From: an uncultured Gammaproteobacteria bacterium
Lineage (GTDB): Bacteria > Patescibacteriota > Patescibacteriia > Veblenbacterales > UBA10138
DNA: 64,000 bases
Assembly: GCA_964566145.1 (NCBI GenBank)
Contig: CAZMHN010000001.1
Span: 16,945 to 80,944, forward strand
Direction: 5' to 3'
Shown here: positions 11,675 to 22,164 of the stretch, one piece after another
How positions within the stretch are numbered: position 1 is the stretch's first letter
How the letters are laid out: every line of letters starts with the position of its first letter
Program-made: the position numbers and the translations under genes
The notes under the pieces: model-generated
The model's input: the letters and a program-made list of their open reading frames with translations, nothing else
Told to the model about the DNA's origin: nothing
Databases searched by the model: none

Positions 11675-13685
11675 ATACGGACACCACCCGGGATTCAAAC
11701 GTTTCGGCAGGGAGTTCGGACAAAAACCTGGAGGGCATGCCGGGCGCCGAGCTTCCGAACAGCCTGCGGTTCAGGGCGTACAAACAGTACACGCGCTCCT
11801 TGGCGCGGGTCAGGCCGACGTACATAAGCCTGCGCTCTTCCTCGAGCTCCAAGGGGTCGTCGAAAGATGAGGCATGCGGGAACAGACCCTCCTCCAGCCC
11901 CACCAGGAACACGTTGGTGAATTCCAAACCCTTGGCCGCGTGGAACGTCATGAGCGTCAGGCCGTTCCGGTTCGTCCGGTAGCTGTCCTGGTCCTGCCAC
12001 AAAGCGACCTCGGTCAGGAACTGTTCCAGGGGCTCCCTGCCCTTCCCGGGAGCTCGCTCCTCAGCCACGGTCTTGAGTTCTTGCACGTTCGCGAACCTGG
12101 CCTCGCCGTCCGCCGTGCCGTCCAACAGCTCATCTTTGTATCCGCTCTCCTCAAGCACCAGTTCAACGAGCTCGGACACGCTGGAATCCTGCACGTCCCG
12201 CTCCAGGCGTCCCATGAGGTCCGCGAACTCCTGAAGCGCACGGCCGCGGCTCCCGGACAACTGGGTGGTACGCGCCGCTTCGACGCTGCTCACGTCCCTG
12301 GCTTCGGCTTCGCGCAGAACGGCTTCGACCGCGGCCACGCCCAGCCCGCGCAAAGGAGCGAACACGGCTCGCCTGAAGCTGGCCCCGTCGTGCGGGTTCA
12401 CCAGCAACCTGAGGTACGCCAGCACGTCTTTTATCTCCCGCCGCTCGTAGAATCTGGTGCCGCCGATAAGCTGATAGGGCACGCCGGCCGTCAAACAGGC
12501 TTCTTCCAAAGCGCGGCTCTGCGCGTTCGTACGATAGAGCACCGCGGACTCCTTCAATTCCTCACCGGTGCCGTGGTATCTCACGAACGGCGTAACCTCC
12601 GGCAAAAGGCCTGTTTCCATGAGCGGCTCGTAAGTAAGCTCGCCTTCGCCCTGGCTCAGGCGCACCACTTCGCCTATAACGTACCGCGCCTCAGCGTTCT
12701 CATCCTCAACCGCCACCACCCGGATAGGCTCGCCTGCCGCATTCTCGGTCCACAGGGTTTTGTCCGCCTTGCGCTCGGCACGAGCCATAATGGCGTTGCC
12801 GGCCGCAATGATGACCTTGGTGGAGCGGTAGTTCTGTTCGAGCTTCACTATGCGCGCGTCGGGATAATCTTCATGAAACCGCAGAATGTTGCCGAAGTCG
12901 GCTCCGCGCCAGGAATAGATGGACTGCCAGTCGTCGCCGACCACGCACAGGTTCCGGCTGCCTTCGGCCAAGAGCCTAGCCCACAGGTACTGAACACGGT
13001 TCACATCCTGATACTCATCCACCAGGAGATAACGGAAACGCTGCTGGTACTGCTTCAGGAGCTCCGCGTCCTTCTGCCACAGCTCCACCATGCGCATCAA
13101 AAGATCATCAAAATCAAACGCCTTATCCCGGGCCAGGAAATCCTGGTACCTGGGGTAGAGTTCGGCCACCAGCCGGGTGAACGGCGTTTCGTCCTGCACC
13201 CATTCCGGGTACCCCTCCGGACCTATGAGCTCGGACTTGGCGCGTGAGACGGCCGAAAGCACGGCCTTGGGGCTTACGAGCCTCACCCCATAACCCTTTT
13301 CCTTCATAGCCTCTTTTATGAGCGCCAGCTGGTCGTCTTCGTCGTAGATGGAGAAGTGAGTCGGATACCCTAGGCGCGGCGCCTCCCGCCTGAGGAAGCG
13401 GGCGCTTATGGCATGGAACGTACCCACCGTGGGCTGCGGCGAAAGCGTCTTTCCCACCAACCTTTGTGTGCGTTCACGCATCTCTTTGGCCGCCTGATTC
13501 GTGAACGTTACCGCCAGGATAGAAGACGGCGCCGTGCCTTCATGGGCTATGAGGTAAGCCAAGCGGTGAACCAAAGTCTTGGTCTTGCCGCTACCCGCTC
13601 CGGCCAGAACCAGCAGAGGGCCTGCGGTAGTGACCACGGCCTGACGCTGTTCCGTATTAAGTCCTTGTAAGATGTCCTGGGGCAT
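11673..13685 (-). CDS. pcrA: ATP-dependent DNA helicase, UvrD/PcrA/Rep family.
   Basis: 670 aa. Walker A (LAGAGSGKTKTLVHR). UvrD-helicase motifs throughout. Confidence 0.9.
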   Translation of the reverse strand: MPQDILQGLNTEQRQAVVTTAGPLLVLAGAGSGKTKTLVHRLAYLIAHEGTAPSSILAVTFTNQAAKEMRERTQRLVGKTLSPQPTVGTFHAISARFLRREAPRLGYPTHFSIYDEDDQLALIKEAMKEKGYGVRLVSPKAVLSAVSRAKSELIGPEGYPEWVQDETPFTRLVAELYPRYQDFLARDKAFDFDDLLMRMVELWQKDAELLKQYQQRFRYLLVDEYQDVNRVQYLWARLLAEGSRNLCVVGDDWQSIYSWRGADFGNILRFHEDYPDARIVKLEQNYRSTKVIIAAGNAIMARAERKADKTLWTENAAGEPIRVVAVEDENAEARYVIGEVVRLSQGEGELTYEPLMETGLLPEVTPFVRYHGTGEELKESAVLYRTNAQSRALEEACLTAGVPYQLIGGTRFYERREIKDVLAYLRLLVNPHDGASFRRAVFAPLRGLGVAAVEAVLREAEARDVSSVEAARTTQLSGSRGRALQEFADLMGRLERDVQDSSVSELVELVLEESGYKDELLDGTADGEARFANVQELKTVAEERAPGKGREPLEQFLTEVALWQDQDSYRTNRNGLTLMTFHAAKGLEFTNVFLVGLEEGLFPHASSFDDPLELEEERRLMYVGLTRAKERVYCLYALNRRLFGSSAPGMPSRFLSELPAETFESRVVSV

Positions 13686-13775
13686 GGCGGTTGACAGATG
13701 AACTTTTACGTGGTACAGTGCTCGCTGTCATTTGGAGCTCAACCTAACACTACGAGCCCCTGTATCGTCCCTAAC

Positions 13776-13994
13776 ATGGAACACTATCTACAAATCGCCC
13801 AGATGTCCGTATCGGTCCTGCTTATAGCCGCCATACTCCTACAGAATCGCGGCGCGGGCCTGGGCGGCATATTCGGCGGCGAAGGCAACGTCTATCGTAC
13901 CAAACGCGGCTTCGAACGCATACTCTTCTGGGCGACCATAGTCTTAAGCGTCGCCTTCTTCGGTCTGGCGCTCGCCAGCCTAGTGCTCCCGTAA
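13776..13994 (+). CDS. secG: Preprotein translocase subunit SecG.
   Basis: MEHYLQIAQMSVSVLLIAAILLQNRGAGLGGIFGG...FWATIVLSVAFFGLAL. SecG signature with two TM helices. The ORF-track start at 13698 is probably too long. Confidence 0.8.
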   Translation: MEHYLQIAQMSVSVLLIAAILLQNRGAGLGGIFGGEGNVYRTKRGFERILFWATIVLSVAFFGLALASLVLP

Positions 13995-14055
13995 ACCAAG
14001 TTCGGCTATTCTCCGACAGCTCACGCGCAAACTGCACCATGCGATAGGTAAGCGC

Positions 14056-15816
14056 ATGGCTGTGGCGTGGAAGCTCCTGTACGGGAGCTCCGAAACCGCC
14101 ACCGACCACGCCTACCGTCACATACTCCGAGGATCACTGCCTACCGTGCGGCAATGGTCACTTTTGCCGCGCGTTCTGTCGCGTCAGGAACGCCGTACCG
14201 CCGGGGCCCTCCTTATCCTCGTTGCGGTAGTCCTCGCGCTGGCCGGCTGGCGGTGGTTCGAGCGGAATTCCGTACTGACGCCCCAGACGAACGGGGAATT
14301 CAACGAAGCCATTATCGGACAACCGACGACCGCCAACCCCCTCCTGGCCGTGACCGAGGCGGACCTGACTCTGGCCCAGCTCACGCATCGCGGCCTGTTC
14401 CGCGCGAACGGCCGGGGCGACATCGAGCCGGACCTGGCGGAATCATATTCGGTGGACGCGACACTGTCCACCTACCGAGTAACCCTCAGGCCCGCGCTTA
14501 CCTGGTCTGACGGCATGCCGATGACGGCAGATGACGTCGTGTTCACGGTTCAGGCCCTGCAGAACCCAAAGCTCATGAGTCCGTATGCAGTCACCATGAG
14601 TGACATTGCCGCAGAGCGCGAAGATGAGCGCACCGTACGCTTCACGCTCAAAGAGCCTTACGTGCCTTTCCCGTACGCCCTCACTTTCGGAGTGGTGCCG
14701 GCCCACGTCTGGCAAAACATCCCTTTTGAGCGCTGGGCTGACGCCGAAACCAACCTGCGCCCGGTAGGCAGCGGCCCGTATGCCTTTCGTTCACTGACGC
14801 GCGACGGCCAGGGAGTGGTACGGAACTACGTACTGGAACCCAACCCGCACACACATACGGCCGTGCCGTATCTAAAGCGCATAACCTTGCGGTTCTACCC
14901 GGACTACACCTCGGCCATAGACGGACTGCGGCAGGGCGCAGTGGACGGTGTCGGTGGCGTGTCACGCGCCGCGCTTGCCGGCCTCAGCAGCCGGAGGTTT
15001 GTAACCCATGACCTCACACTGCCGCAATACACCGCCGTGTTCTACAACCCGCGCACAAGCTCGATCTTGAAAGAACGCGGCATAAGGACAGGCTTGAGCT
15101 ATGCCATCAACCGCCCCTCGCTCATCCAGGAAGCCATCGGCGGCGCGGCCAAACCCGCCACCAGCATATTCACCTACGGAGAACTCAAGGTTAAAACAGC
15201 GCCGCAAGGCATAACCTACGACCCGACCAGAGCAGTGCAGCTTTTCGAAACCGCCGGGTTCAAACGGACTGACACAAACGCCCAGTTCACAAAAGGCGAT
15301 AACGCGCTCGGATTCACGCTCACGGTGCCGGACCACGAAGACCTTGTTCAGACGGCCGAAGCTCTAAGGCGTCAATGGGCCGAGGCCGGCGTCACGGTGA
15401 CCTTGGACATAGTATCGGCCGATTCCCTGGCTGAGGTGATACGGGGCCATGCCTACGAGGCCCTGCTCATGACCGAAATCCTCGGCCTCGACCCCGACCC
15501 CTATCCCTTCTGGCACTCATCACAGGCCGAACCCGGATTGAACGTAGCGCTGTTCCAGCATCGCGACGCGGACGAATTACTGTCACAGGCCCGGCGCGAG
15601 CCGGACGCGGCCAAACGCCAGGAGCTGTACGTGGCATTCCAGAACATACTCAACGAGTACCAGCCGGCCACCCTCCTATACAGCGCCACTTACAGCTACG
15701 TCATGGCCCGGGGACTTTCCGGATTCTCGACCGAAGTCATCGCCTCGCCGCCTGACCGGCTGCAGAGCCTGGGCTCCTGGTACCGTGCGACCGAGCGGCA
15801 CTGGAAAAATAATTAA
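14056..15816 (+). CDS. Extracellular solute-binding protein, family 5 (peptide/nickel ABC-type SBP). Membrane-anchored, with no adjacent permease genes.
   Basis: 586 aa. N-terminal TM anchor followed by an SBP_bac_5-like domain (LTWSDGMPMTADDVVFT...). Confidence 0.75.
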   Translation: MAVAWKLLYGSSETATDHAYRHILRGSLPTVRQWSLLPRVLSRQERRTAGALLILVAVVLALAGWRWFERNSVLTPQTNGEFNEAIIGQPTTANPLLAVTEADLTLAQLTHRGLFRANGRGDIEPDLAESYSVDATLSTYRVTLRPALTWSDGMPMTADDVVFTVQALQNPKLMSPYAVTMSDIAAEREDERTVRFTLKEPYVPFPYALTFGVVPAHVWQNIPFERWADAETNLRPVGSGPYAFRSLTRDGQGVVRNYVLEPNPHTHTAVPYLKRITLRFYPDYTSAIDGLRQGAVDGVGGVSRAALAGLSSRRFVTHDLTLPQYTAVFYNPRTSSILKERGIRTGLSYAINRPSLIQEAIGGAAKPATSIFTYGELKVKTAPQGITYDPTRAVQLFETAGFKRTDTNAQFTKGDNALGFTLTVPDHEDLVQTAEALRRQWAEAGVTVTLDIVSADSLAEVIRGHAYEALLMTEILGLDPDPYPFWHSSQAEPGLNVALFQHRDADELLSQARREPDAAKRQELYVAFQNILNEYQPATLLYSATYSYVMARGLSGFSTEVIASPPDRLQSLGSWYRATERHWKNN

Positions 15817-15892
15817 TTATGTAGTACCCTAAAGTACCGACGTTAGAAGCGCTCCGCAGGGCCTCACTTACACACCCTGCGGTACACATGGG

Positions 15893-15979
15893 GGGCGAGT
15901 GGCGGAATTGGTATACGCGTACGCTTCAGGAGCGTATGGCCGTAAGGTCGTGAGGGTTCAAGTCCCTCCTCGCCCACCA
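15893..15979 (+). tRNA. tRNA-Leu (anticodon CAG), type II with a long variable arm.
   Basis: Folded by hand. Acceptor GGGCGAG/CTCGCCC; 3-bp D-stem with 11-nt loop; anticodon loop TTCAGGA; 15-nt variable arm; T-loop TTCAAGT; discriminator A; CCA encoded. Confidence 0.9.
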
Positions 15980-16105
15980 CGTGTACTCACCTTGGCGCCC
16001 ATGTCCGTAGCGCCACAGGAATCCTACGACGACCTGCGCGAAACAGGTCACCTAATCTCAAGCCGCCTGGGAATTTAAACAACCCACCGCGGCATTCACT
16101 CACGT

Positions 16106-17980
16106 ATGCATCAACCAATCAACAAATATCCAGGTTCTCGACAGAACCCGCGGCACAGACGCCATTCACATGGCGGACGGCCGCAACCAACGAACGCCAT
16201 AGACGGCACTGGTGCCTGGCTGGCTTCGGACCCTTCGCGGGGAGGCGCTGAACAGCGAACCCCCCGCCTGCACCAATCATCGCCGCCCCAGCACCACGCC
16301 CATCCAGTAGGCGAGCCCCGCCTTCGGATAATCCCATTGGGCGGACAGGAGGAAGTGGGGCGCAACATGACCGTATTCGAATACGGCAACGACATAGTGG
16401 TCCTCGACATCGGACTTCAGTTCCCGGAAGAGGACATGCCGGGAGTTGACTACATCATCCCGGATACCAGGTACCTTGCGGGCAAGGAGAACCGCATCCG
16501 CGGCGTCATCCTGTCGCACGGCCACCTTGACCACATTGGCGCCGTGCCGCACATTCTGCCGAAGCTCGGCTGGCCTCCAGTATACGCCAGCAGGCTGACC
16601 ATGGCCCTGGTGCGCAAGCGCTTGGAAGAATCCAAGCTCACGCGATACCTCAAGGCCTATGAGATCAAATCGGAACACGAGCAGTTCACCTTCGGAAAGA
16701 TGCGCGTGTCGCTGTTCAACGTGACGCACAGCATCATGGACGCATTCGGCGTCGTCATCCAAACCCCGCACGCTAACGTAGTACACCTGGGGGACTGGAA
16801 GTACGACCTCGACCCTGTGAACGGCCGGCCCACCGACTTCTCGCATCTGGCGAAATGGAACACCCGAACCGCGCCCTCCATCCTCATGATGGAATCGCTG
16901 GGTTCCACCAGAGAGGGCTCTCAGCTCTCCGAGGTCGAGGTGTACAAGAACCTAAAGAGCATCATCGAAAAGGCCCCGGCCCGCATCATTGTGGCCACGT
17001 TCGCCTCCATGGTGGAACGCGTGGCGCAGATGGTCAGCATAGCCGAAGAACTTGGGAAAAAAGTAGCCTTAGACGGGTACTCCATGAAGATGAACATGGA
17101 GATAGCCAAGAAAATAGGCTATGTGAAATTCAAACCCACCACCCTGATAGACGTAAGACGCATCCATGACTACCCGCCGAACAAAGTCATCGTGATATGC
17201 ACCGGGGCGCAGGGCGAGGACCGGGCGGTGCTCATGCGCATAGCCACCGGCGCGCACAAGCACATTAAAGTTGAGAAGTCGGACACCATCGTTTTCTCCT
17301 CTTCGGTCATTCCTGGCAACGAACGCACGATCCAGCGCCTCAAGGATACTTTGTACCGACAGGGGGCAAATGTCATCCACAAGGAAATCATGGACGTACA
17401 CGGCGGCGGTCACGCTCTCATGGAAGACATCAAACTTCTCATCCGGCAGGTGAGGCCGAAATATCTGGTGCCGGTATACGCCAATCACTACCTGTTGCGC
17501 GAAGGCGGCAAGGTGGCCCAGAGCGTCGGCATGCCGCCACAGAACATCTTCTACCTGGACAACGGCAGCGTCCTTGAAGTCCTGCCGCAGGGGCCGCACG
17601 TGCTCAATGAAAAAGTGCCCATCGAATACGTGTTCGTGGACGGCCTGGGCGTGGGCGACGTGAGCCATGTGGTCATACGCGACCGGCAGATACTTTCGGC
17701 CGACGGGATGTTCGTCATTGTAGCCACAGTGGACGGCAAGACCGGCAAGCTGGTAAGCTCCCCGGACATCATCTCGCGCGGCTTCGTATACATGCGCGAC
17801 TCCAAAAAGCTCATCGACGAGACCAGGACAAAGATAAAACAAATCCTCGGCTCACAGAGCAAACAGCAGATTGCGGATGAAACCTACCTCAAGGATAAGA
17901 TAAGGAACGATATAGGCCAATTCCTGTTCCAGAGGACGGAACGTAGGCCCATGATCCTCCCCATCCTCATTACGGTGTAA
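16106..17980 (+). CDS. rnj: Ribonuclease J (metallo-beta-lactamase/beta-CASP RNase). Start is uncertain.
   Basis: Conserved core begins RIIPLGGQEEVGRNMTVFEY...HGHLDH. The open frame from 16106 adds a His/Arg/Pro-rich extension with lower GC3. The ATG at 16367 has an AGGAGG upstream. Confidence 0.9.
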   Translation: MHQPINKYPGSRQNPRHRRHSHGGRPQPTNAIDGTGAWLASDPSRGGAEQRTPRLHQSSPPQHHAHPVGEPRLRIIPLGGQEEVGRNMTVFEYGNDIVVLDIGLQFPEEDMPGVDYIIPDTRYLAGKENRIRGVILSHGHLDHIGAVPHILPKLGWPPVYASRLTMALVRKRLEESKLTRYLKAYEIKSEHEQFTFGKMRVSLFNVTHSIMDAFGVVIQTPHANVVHLGDWKYDLDPVNGRPTDFSHLAKWNTRTAPSILMMESLGSTREGSQLSEVEVYKNLKSIIEKAPARIIVATFASMVERVAQMVSIAEELGKKVALDGYSMKMNMEIAKKIGYVKFKPTTLIDVRRIHDYPPNKVIVICTGAQGEDRAVLMRIATGAHKHIKVEKSDTIVFSSSVIPGNERTIQRLKDTLYRQGANVIHKEIMDVHGGGHALMEDIKLLIRQVRPKYLVPVYANHYLLREGGKVAQSVGMPPQNIFYLDNGSVLEVLPQGPHVLNEKVPIEYVFVDGLGVGDVSHVVIRDRQILSADGMFVIVATVDGKTGKLVSSPDIISRGFVYMRDSKKLIDETRTKIKQILGSQSKQQIADETYLKDKIRNDIGQFLFQRTERRPMILPILITV

Positions 17981-17998
17981 ACTGTAGCTGAGACGCCT

Positions 17999-18991
17999 AT
18001 GGTACCAAAGAACAAAGCGATACTCTCCGGCATACAGCCCTCGGGTGCCTTGCACCTGGGAAACTACTTGGGAGCCCTAAAGAACTGGGTTCTGCTGCAG
18101 GAAGCCAACCGGTGCTTCTTCACCATTGTGGACCTGCACGCCATCACGGTGCCGTACGAACCCAAGGAACTCCCCAAACGGGTCATGGAAATGGCCGTGG
18201 ATTTTCTGGCCTCGGGCATAGACCCGGAAAAGAGCGTGCTCTTCGTTCAGTCCCATGTTCCGGAACATACCGAGCTTATGTGGCTGCTCAATACCATCAC
18301 CCCTTTGGGCGAGCTCGAGCGCATGACCCAGTTCAAGGACAAATCCGACCAACATCGCGAAGCTCTGAACGCCGGCCTCCTCAACTATCCCTTGCTGATG
18401 GCGGCCGACATTCTGCTATATCAGCCTGACCTTGTGCCGGTAGGCGAAGACCAGGTCCAGCATGTCGAGCTTACACGCGTGGTCGCACGCAAGTTCAACA
18501 GCACCTTCGGCGAGTACTTCAAGGAACCGAAGGTGTACGAAGCCCAGGTGCCCCGCGTCATGTCCTTGCTGGAACCTTCAAAGAAGATGTCTAAATCGTT
18601 CGGCGCAAACCACTGCCTGTTCCTGTCCGACGAACCCGACGTCATACGCAAGAAGATAGCCAAAGCTGTTACTGACGAGGGCGGGGGCACGGGTCAGCGG
18701 TTCTCCGGCGGCGCGAACCTCCTGCAACTGTTCAAGGTGCTGTCTGATGATAAACCGTTAAAACAGCAGTTCGACGAAGCCTACCGAGCGGGCGAACTGA
18801 AATACAGCGAATTCAAGCCTGTCCTGTCCGAAACCATTGTCAAAATCTTGGAACCCATTCGCGAAAAACGGAAAGAGCTACTGGCCAAACCCAAGCAGGT
18901 TGAAAAGACTTTACTGTCAGGCCGAGACGCCGCACGCGTAGTGGCAGGCAAGACCATCATGGAAGTGAAGGAAAGGATGGGGCTGACATAG
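17999..18991 (+). CDS. trpS: Tryptophanyl-tRNA synthetase.
   Basis: 330 aa. GIQPSGALHLGNYLGA (HIGH-type motif) and KMSKS present. Class I aaRS fold. Confidence 0.95.
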   Translation: MVPKNKAILSGIQPSGALHLGNYLGALKNWVLLQEANRCFFTIVDLHAITVPYEPKELPKRVMEMAVDFLASGIDPEKSVLFVQSHVPEHTELMWLLNTITPLGELERMTQFKDKSDQHREALNAGLLNYPLLMAADILLYQPDLVPVGEDQVQHVELTRVVARKFNSTFGEYFKEPKVYEAQVPRVMSLLEPSKKMSKSFGANHCLFLSDEPDVIRKKIAKAVTDEGGGTGQRFSGGANLLQLFKVLSDDKPLKQQFDEAYRAGELKYSEFKPVLSETIVKILEPIREKRKELLAKPKQVEKTLLSGRDAARVVAGKTIMEVKERMGLT

Positions 18992-19002
18992 CTGATACTA
19001 AA

Positions 19003-19035
19003 CCGCCCCGCCTGTCATAGGCGGGGCGGTTTTTG
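19003..19035 (+). terminator. Intrinsic terminator after trpS.
   Basis: ccgccccgcc-tgtcata-ggcggggcgg followed by ttttt. Confidence 0.85.
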
Positions 19036-19045
19036 TTTCATCCGG

Positions 19046-20050
19046 CTATGGCTTCACGACATTCATCGGCTTGCCGTCCAAAAATCCCTGTATGTTCTCT
19101 ACGGTCGTATCCAAAATCCGCCTGATAGCCTCCTGACTGTTGAAGGCGTTGTGCGGAGTGATGATGACGTCATCCCTAGACTGAAGCACGTGGTTGGCCA
19201 CCAGGTTCCGGTAGTCGACGGTTTTGTGGAACTCCGGGCTCAAAACCTGGCTCTCCTCGCGTATATTGGACTCCTCCTCCAGCACGTCCAACCCGGCACC
19301 GGAAAGCGTTCCGCTCTGGAGCGCGCGTACAAGAGCCTGCGTGTCCACCAAGCCGCCGCGCGCCGTATTCACCAGCACCGCGCCGCGTTTTATGAGCTTC
19401 ATGTTATCGGCGTTCAACAAATGATGCGTCGAGGGCAGGTAGGGAGCATGGAGCGTGATGACATCCGACTCCTTGAGAAGTGCGTCCAGTGAAACATACT
19501 CGAATTTGAGCGCCGCGGCCAGGTCAGGCTTGGGCTGAGGGTCGAACACAAGCACGCGCATCTCGAATGCCTTGGCGATACGAGCCACGTGTTGGCCAAT
19601 GTGCCCGCATCCGATAACACCCAAAGTCTTATCTTTGAGATCGAATCCTCTAAGGCTCTCGTCGATCTGGAAATTGCCCCGCTCGGTGCGCTCATATGAT
19701 TGGAATACCTTCCGTGACAGCGCCAGTATCAAAGCCCAGGTGTGCTCGGCCACCGTATTCTCGCCGTAGTGAGGCACGTTCGCTACGACCACTCCGCGAG
19801 CCTTAGCGGCGGCAAGGTCGACGTGGTCGAACCCAGTGGAGCGGGTAGCTACGAACTTCAGTGCGGGGAAGCGCTCGAGTTCGGCCTGACCTACGGGCGT
19901 GTAGATGAACGGCGAGAGCACTTCCGCCTCCGGGAACGCGTCGCCCGGCTCCAAGGGACGCGTAAGCAAGGATAACTCATGTCCTGCCAGGCGTTCTTTG
20001 AGATAGGGTTCTTCCCACCCCTCAAGCTCAGTGAATACGATGTGCGCCAT
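19046..20050 (-). CDS. D-isomer-specific 2-hydroxyacid dehydrogenase (D-lactate / phosphoglycerate dehydrogenase family).
   Basis: 334 aa. NAD-binding GVIGCGHIGQHVARIA. Catalytic His/Glu/Arg region as in D-2-hydroxyacid dehydrogenases. Confidence 0.85.
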   Translation of the reverse strand: MAHIVFTELEGWEEPYLKERLAGHELSLLTRPLEPGDAFPEAEVLSPFIYTPVGQAELERFPALKFVATRSTGFDHVDLAAAKARGVVVANVPHYGENTVAEHTWALILALSRKVFQSYERTERGNFQIDESLRGFDLKDKTLGVIGCGHIGQHVARIAKAFEMRVLVFDPQPKPDLAAALKFEYVSLDALLKESDVITLHAPYLPSTHHLLNADNMKLIKRGAVLVNTARGGLVDTQALVRALQSGTLSGAGLDVLEEESNIREESQVLSPEFHKTVDYRNLVANHVLQSRDDVIITPHNAFNSQEAIRRILDTTVENIQGFLDGKPMNVVKP

Positions 20051-20056
20051 AAGCCG

Positions 20057-20839
20057 CTAGAGCGTTACCTTCTCCACCTGAACGGTACGCCGGAGCCACT
20101 TCTGGGCGATTTCGACCGTATGTGGCGCCGCGTCAGTTAAACAGAACTCGCTCTCCCCCTCCGACAGCTTCTTGGCCTCGGACGGGTACTCCTGAAGCCA
20201 ATCGTAGAGCGCCTGGGCGGTTGCTTCGGCCGGGTCTATGAGGCGCGTACGTTTCGGGATCCTGGCCTGGATGACTTCCTTGAACAACGGGTAGTGCGTA
20301 CAGGCCAGGACCAGCGTATCGACCTGGGCCTGCTTGAACGGGGTGAGATACCGCTTGACTATGCGCTTGCTCTCCGGCTTGTCCACCCAGCCTTCCTCGG
20401 CCAGAGGCACCAGGAGAGGAGCGGCATGAGCGAACACCCGTATGTCCTTCTGGGCCGACAGTAACCTTTGGTATACGTTGCTGCCCACAAGCGCCCGCGT
20501 ACCCATGACGCCGACGCGCGCAACCTTGGGTAGCGCCCGCACGGCCGTCACCGCCGGGGTAATGACGTCGAAGAGCGGCACCTTGGGAAACTCGGCGCGC
20601 AAAGCCTCAAGACCTACGGCCGACACAGAATTACAAGCCACGACCAGCACCTTGGCGCCCGCACGCACCAGGAACCGCGCCGCCTCAACGCCATACTCAC
20701 TGACCACCTCGGGCGACTTATTGCCGTACGGCGTGCGGGCTGTATCGCCGAAATACAAAAGCTTCACCTTGGGCAAGCGCTTTGCCACTTCCCTAAGGAC
20801 CGTGAGCCCGCCAATGCCCGAATCAAACAATCCTATCAT
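20057..20839 (-). CDS. murI: Glutamate racemase.
   Basis: 260 aa. MIGLFDSGIGGLTVL...VVACNSVS...LACTHYP (two catalytic Cys motifs). Confidence 0.92.
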   Translation of the reverse strand: MIGLFDSGIGGLTVLREVAKRLPKVKLLYFGDTARTPYGNKSPEVVSEYGVEAARFLVRAGAKVLVVACNSVSAVGLEALRAEFPKVPLFDVITPAVTAVRALPKVARVGVMGTRALVGSNVYQRLLSAQKDIRVFAHAAPLLVPLAEEGWVDKPESKRIVKRYLTPFKQAQVDTLVLACTHYPLFKEVIQARIPKRTRLIDPAEATAQALYDWLQEYPSEAKKLSEGESEFCLTDAAPHTVEIAQKWLRRTVQVEKVTL

Positions 20840-22164
20840 ATGCCGTGTACCAGCTTCTGGAGCAAGTCCTGCTTCTCCCGTAACATAGCTTGATCTTTGG
20901 CCTCAATGGTCACGCGTATCAACGGCTCGGTATTGGATGGCCGCACATTGCACCACCAATCCGGGTAGGTAGCCGTAACCCCGTCCATCTCATCCTGCTC
21001 CGCGTCAGCGAACGTTTCCTTCACTTTTCGCAAGACCGCGTCCTTATCCTGCACTTCGAAGTTCATTTCCGGCGCCTTGGAGTACGGCGAGTACTCTTTT
21101 GTGAGCTCAGACAGAGGCCGGCCCAAACGCGACAGGGTCTCCAGGACCAAGAGGGCCGCTATCATGCCCGAATCCGCCGAAGCATTATCTTTGAACGAAT
21201 AGTGTGCCGAGAGCTCGCCTCCCATAACCGCGCCCTGGTGCAAAAGCGCCTGGCTCACGTTCACGTAGCCCACGGCCGTACGGATGGGCTTGCCTCCCCA
21301 CCGCGTGATGAATTCGGGCACGGCCCGGGAACAAATAAGATTGTAGGCTATGCCCGCGCCGGGCTGGCGCTCAAGCAGCTCGCGGGCCAGCAACAACAGC
21401 GTCACATCGGCAGGCACGAACTCGCCGCGCTCGTCCAAAAAGAAGATGCGGTCCGTATCGCCGTCAAACATAATACCGGCATCTGCGTGCACCTCCCGCA
21501 CTTTCTTAGAGCAAGCCTGCGACGCGCCCGGGGCCAGCGGATTCGACGGACGATTCGGGAACGAACCGTCAAGCTCGAAGTGCATAGACTCCACCTGAAA
21601 GGGCAATCCCTGAAAAAGCTGGGGTATGGCTTTTCCGGCCATGCCGTTGCCGGCGTCTATGACGATCTTCAGTGGCTTGAGAATCGATTCGTCAACGAAC
21701 GAACGAACGTGCGCCACGTATGACGGCCAAACGTCGAACGTGCTGAAACTGCCCGGCGGCCCCGCCTGTCTGCCGACCGAACGCACAACCTCGGCCAGTT
21801 CGCGTCCCCTGACCCACTGCGTATTCTTCCGCATGATTTTGAACCCGTTGTACTCGGGCGGATTGTGCGAGGCGGTCACCATCACACCTACGTCGTAGCC
21901 GTGCTTGGCCACGGCAAAATACATGGCGTCAATCGGCACCATCTCGATATCGTCCACTGCCAATCCTCCTTCACGCAGGCCGTCTATCAAAGCTTGGTGT
22001 AGCTGGGGGGACGACAGCCGCATATCCCTGCCGACCACGGCCCGGCCCGCACCTACAAACGACGCAACGGCCAGGCCGATGGAGCGGGCGGCCTCTTCAT
22101 CGAGCTCCGCAGGGTACACCCCGCGAATGTCATACGCCCTGAAGATGCTATAGTTGAGCGCCAT
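20836..22164 (-). CDS. Alpha-D-phosphohexomutase (phosphoglucosamine mutase / phosphomannomutase family).
   Basis: Active-site TASHNPPEYNGFK. Likely start at MALNYSIFRAYDIRG (22164) rather than the ORF-track 22230. Confidence 0.85.
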   Translation of the reverse strand: MALNYSIFRAYDIRGVYPAELDEEAARSIGLAVASFVGAGRAVVGRDMRLSSPQLHQALIDGLREGGLAVDDIEMVPIDAMYFAVAKHGYDVGVMVTASHNPPEYNGFKIMRKNTQWVRGRELAEVVRSVGRQAGPPGSFSTFDVWPSYVAHVRSFVDESILKPLKIVIDAGNGMAGKAIPQLFQGLPFQVESMHFELDGSFPNRPSNPLAPGASQACSKKVREVHADAGIMFDGDTDRIFFLDERGEFVPADVTLLLLARELLERQPGAGIAYNLICSRAVPEFITRWGGKPIRTAVGYVNVSQALLHQGAVMGGELSAHYSFKDNASADSGMIAALLVLETLSRLGRPLSELTKEYSPYSKAPEMNFEVQDKDAVLRKVKETFADAEQDEMDGVTATYPDWWCNVRPSNTEPLIRVTIEAKDQAMLREKQDLLQKLVHGI

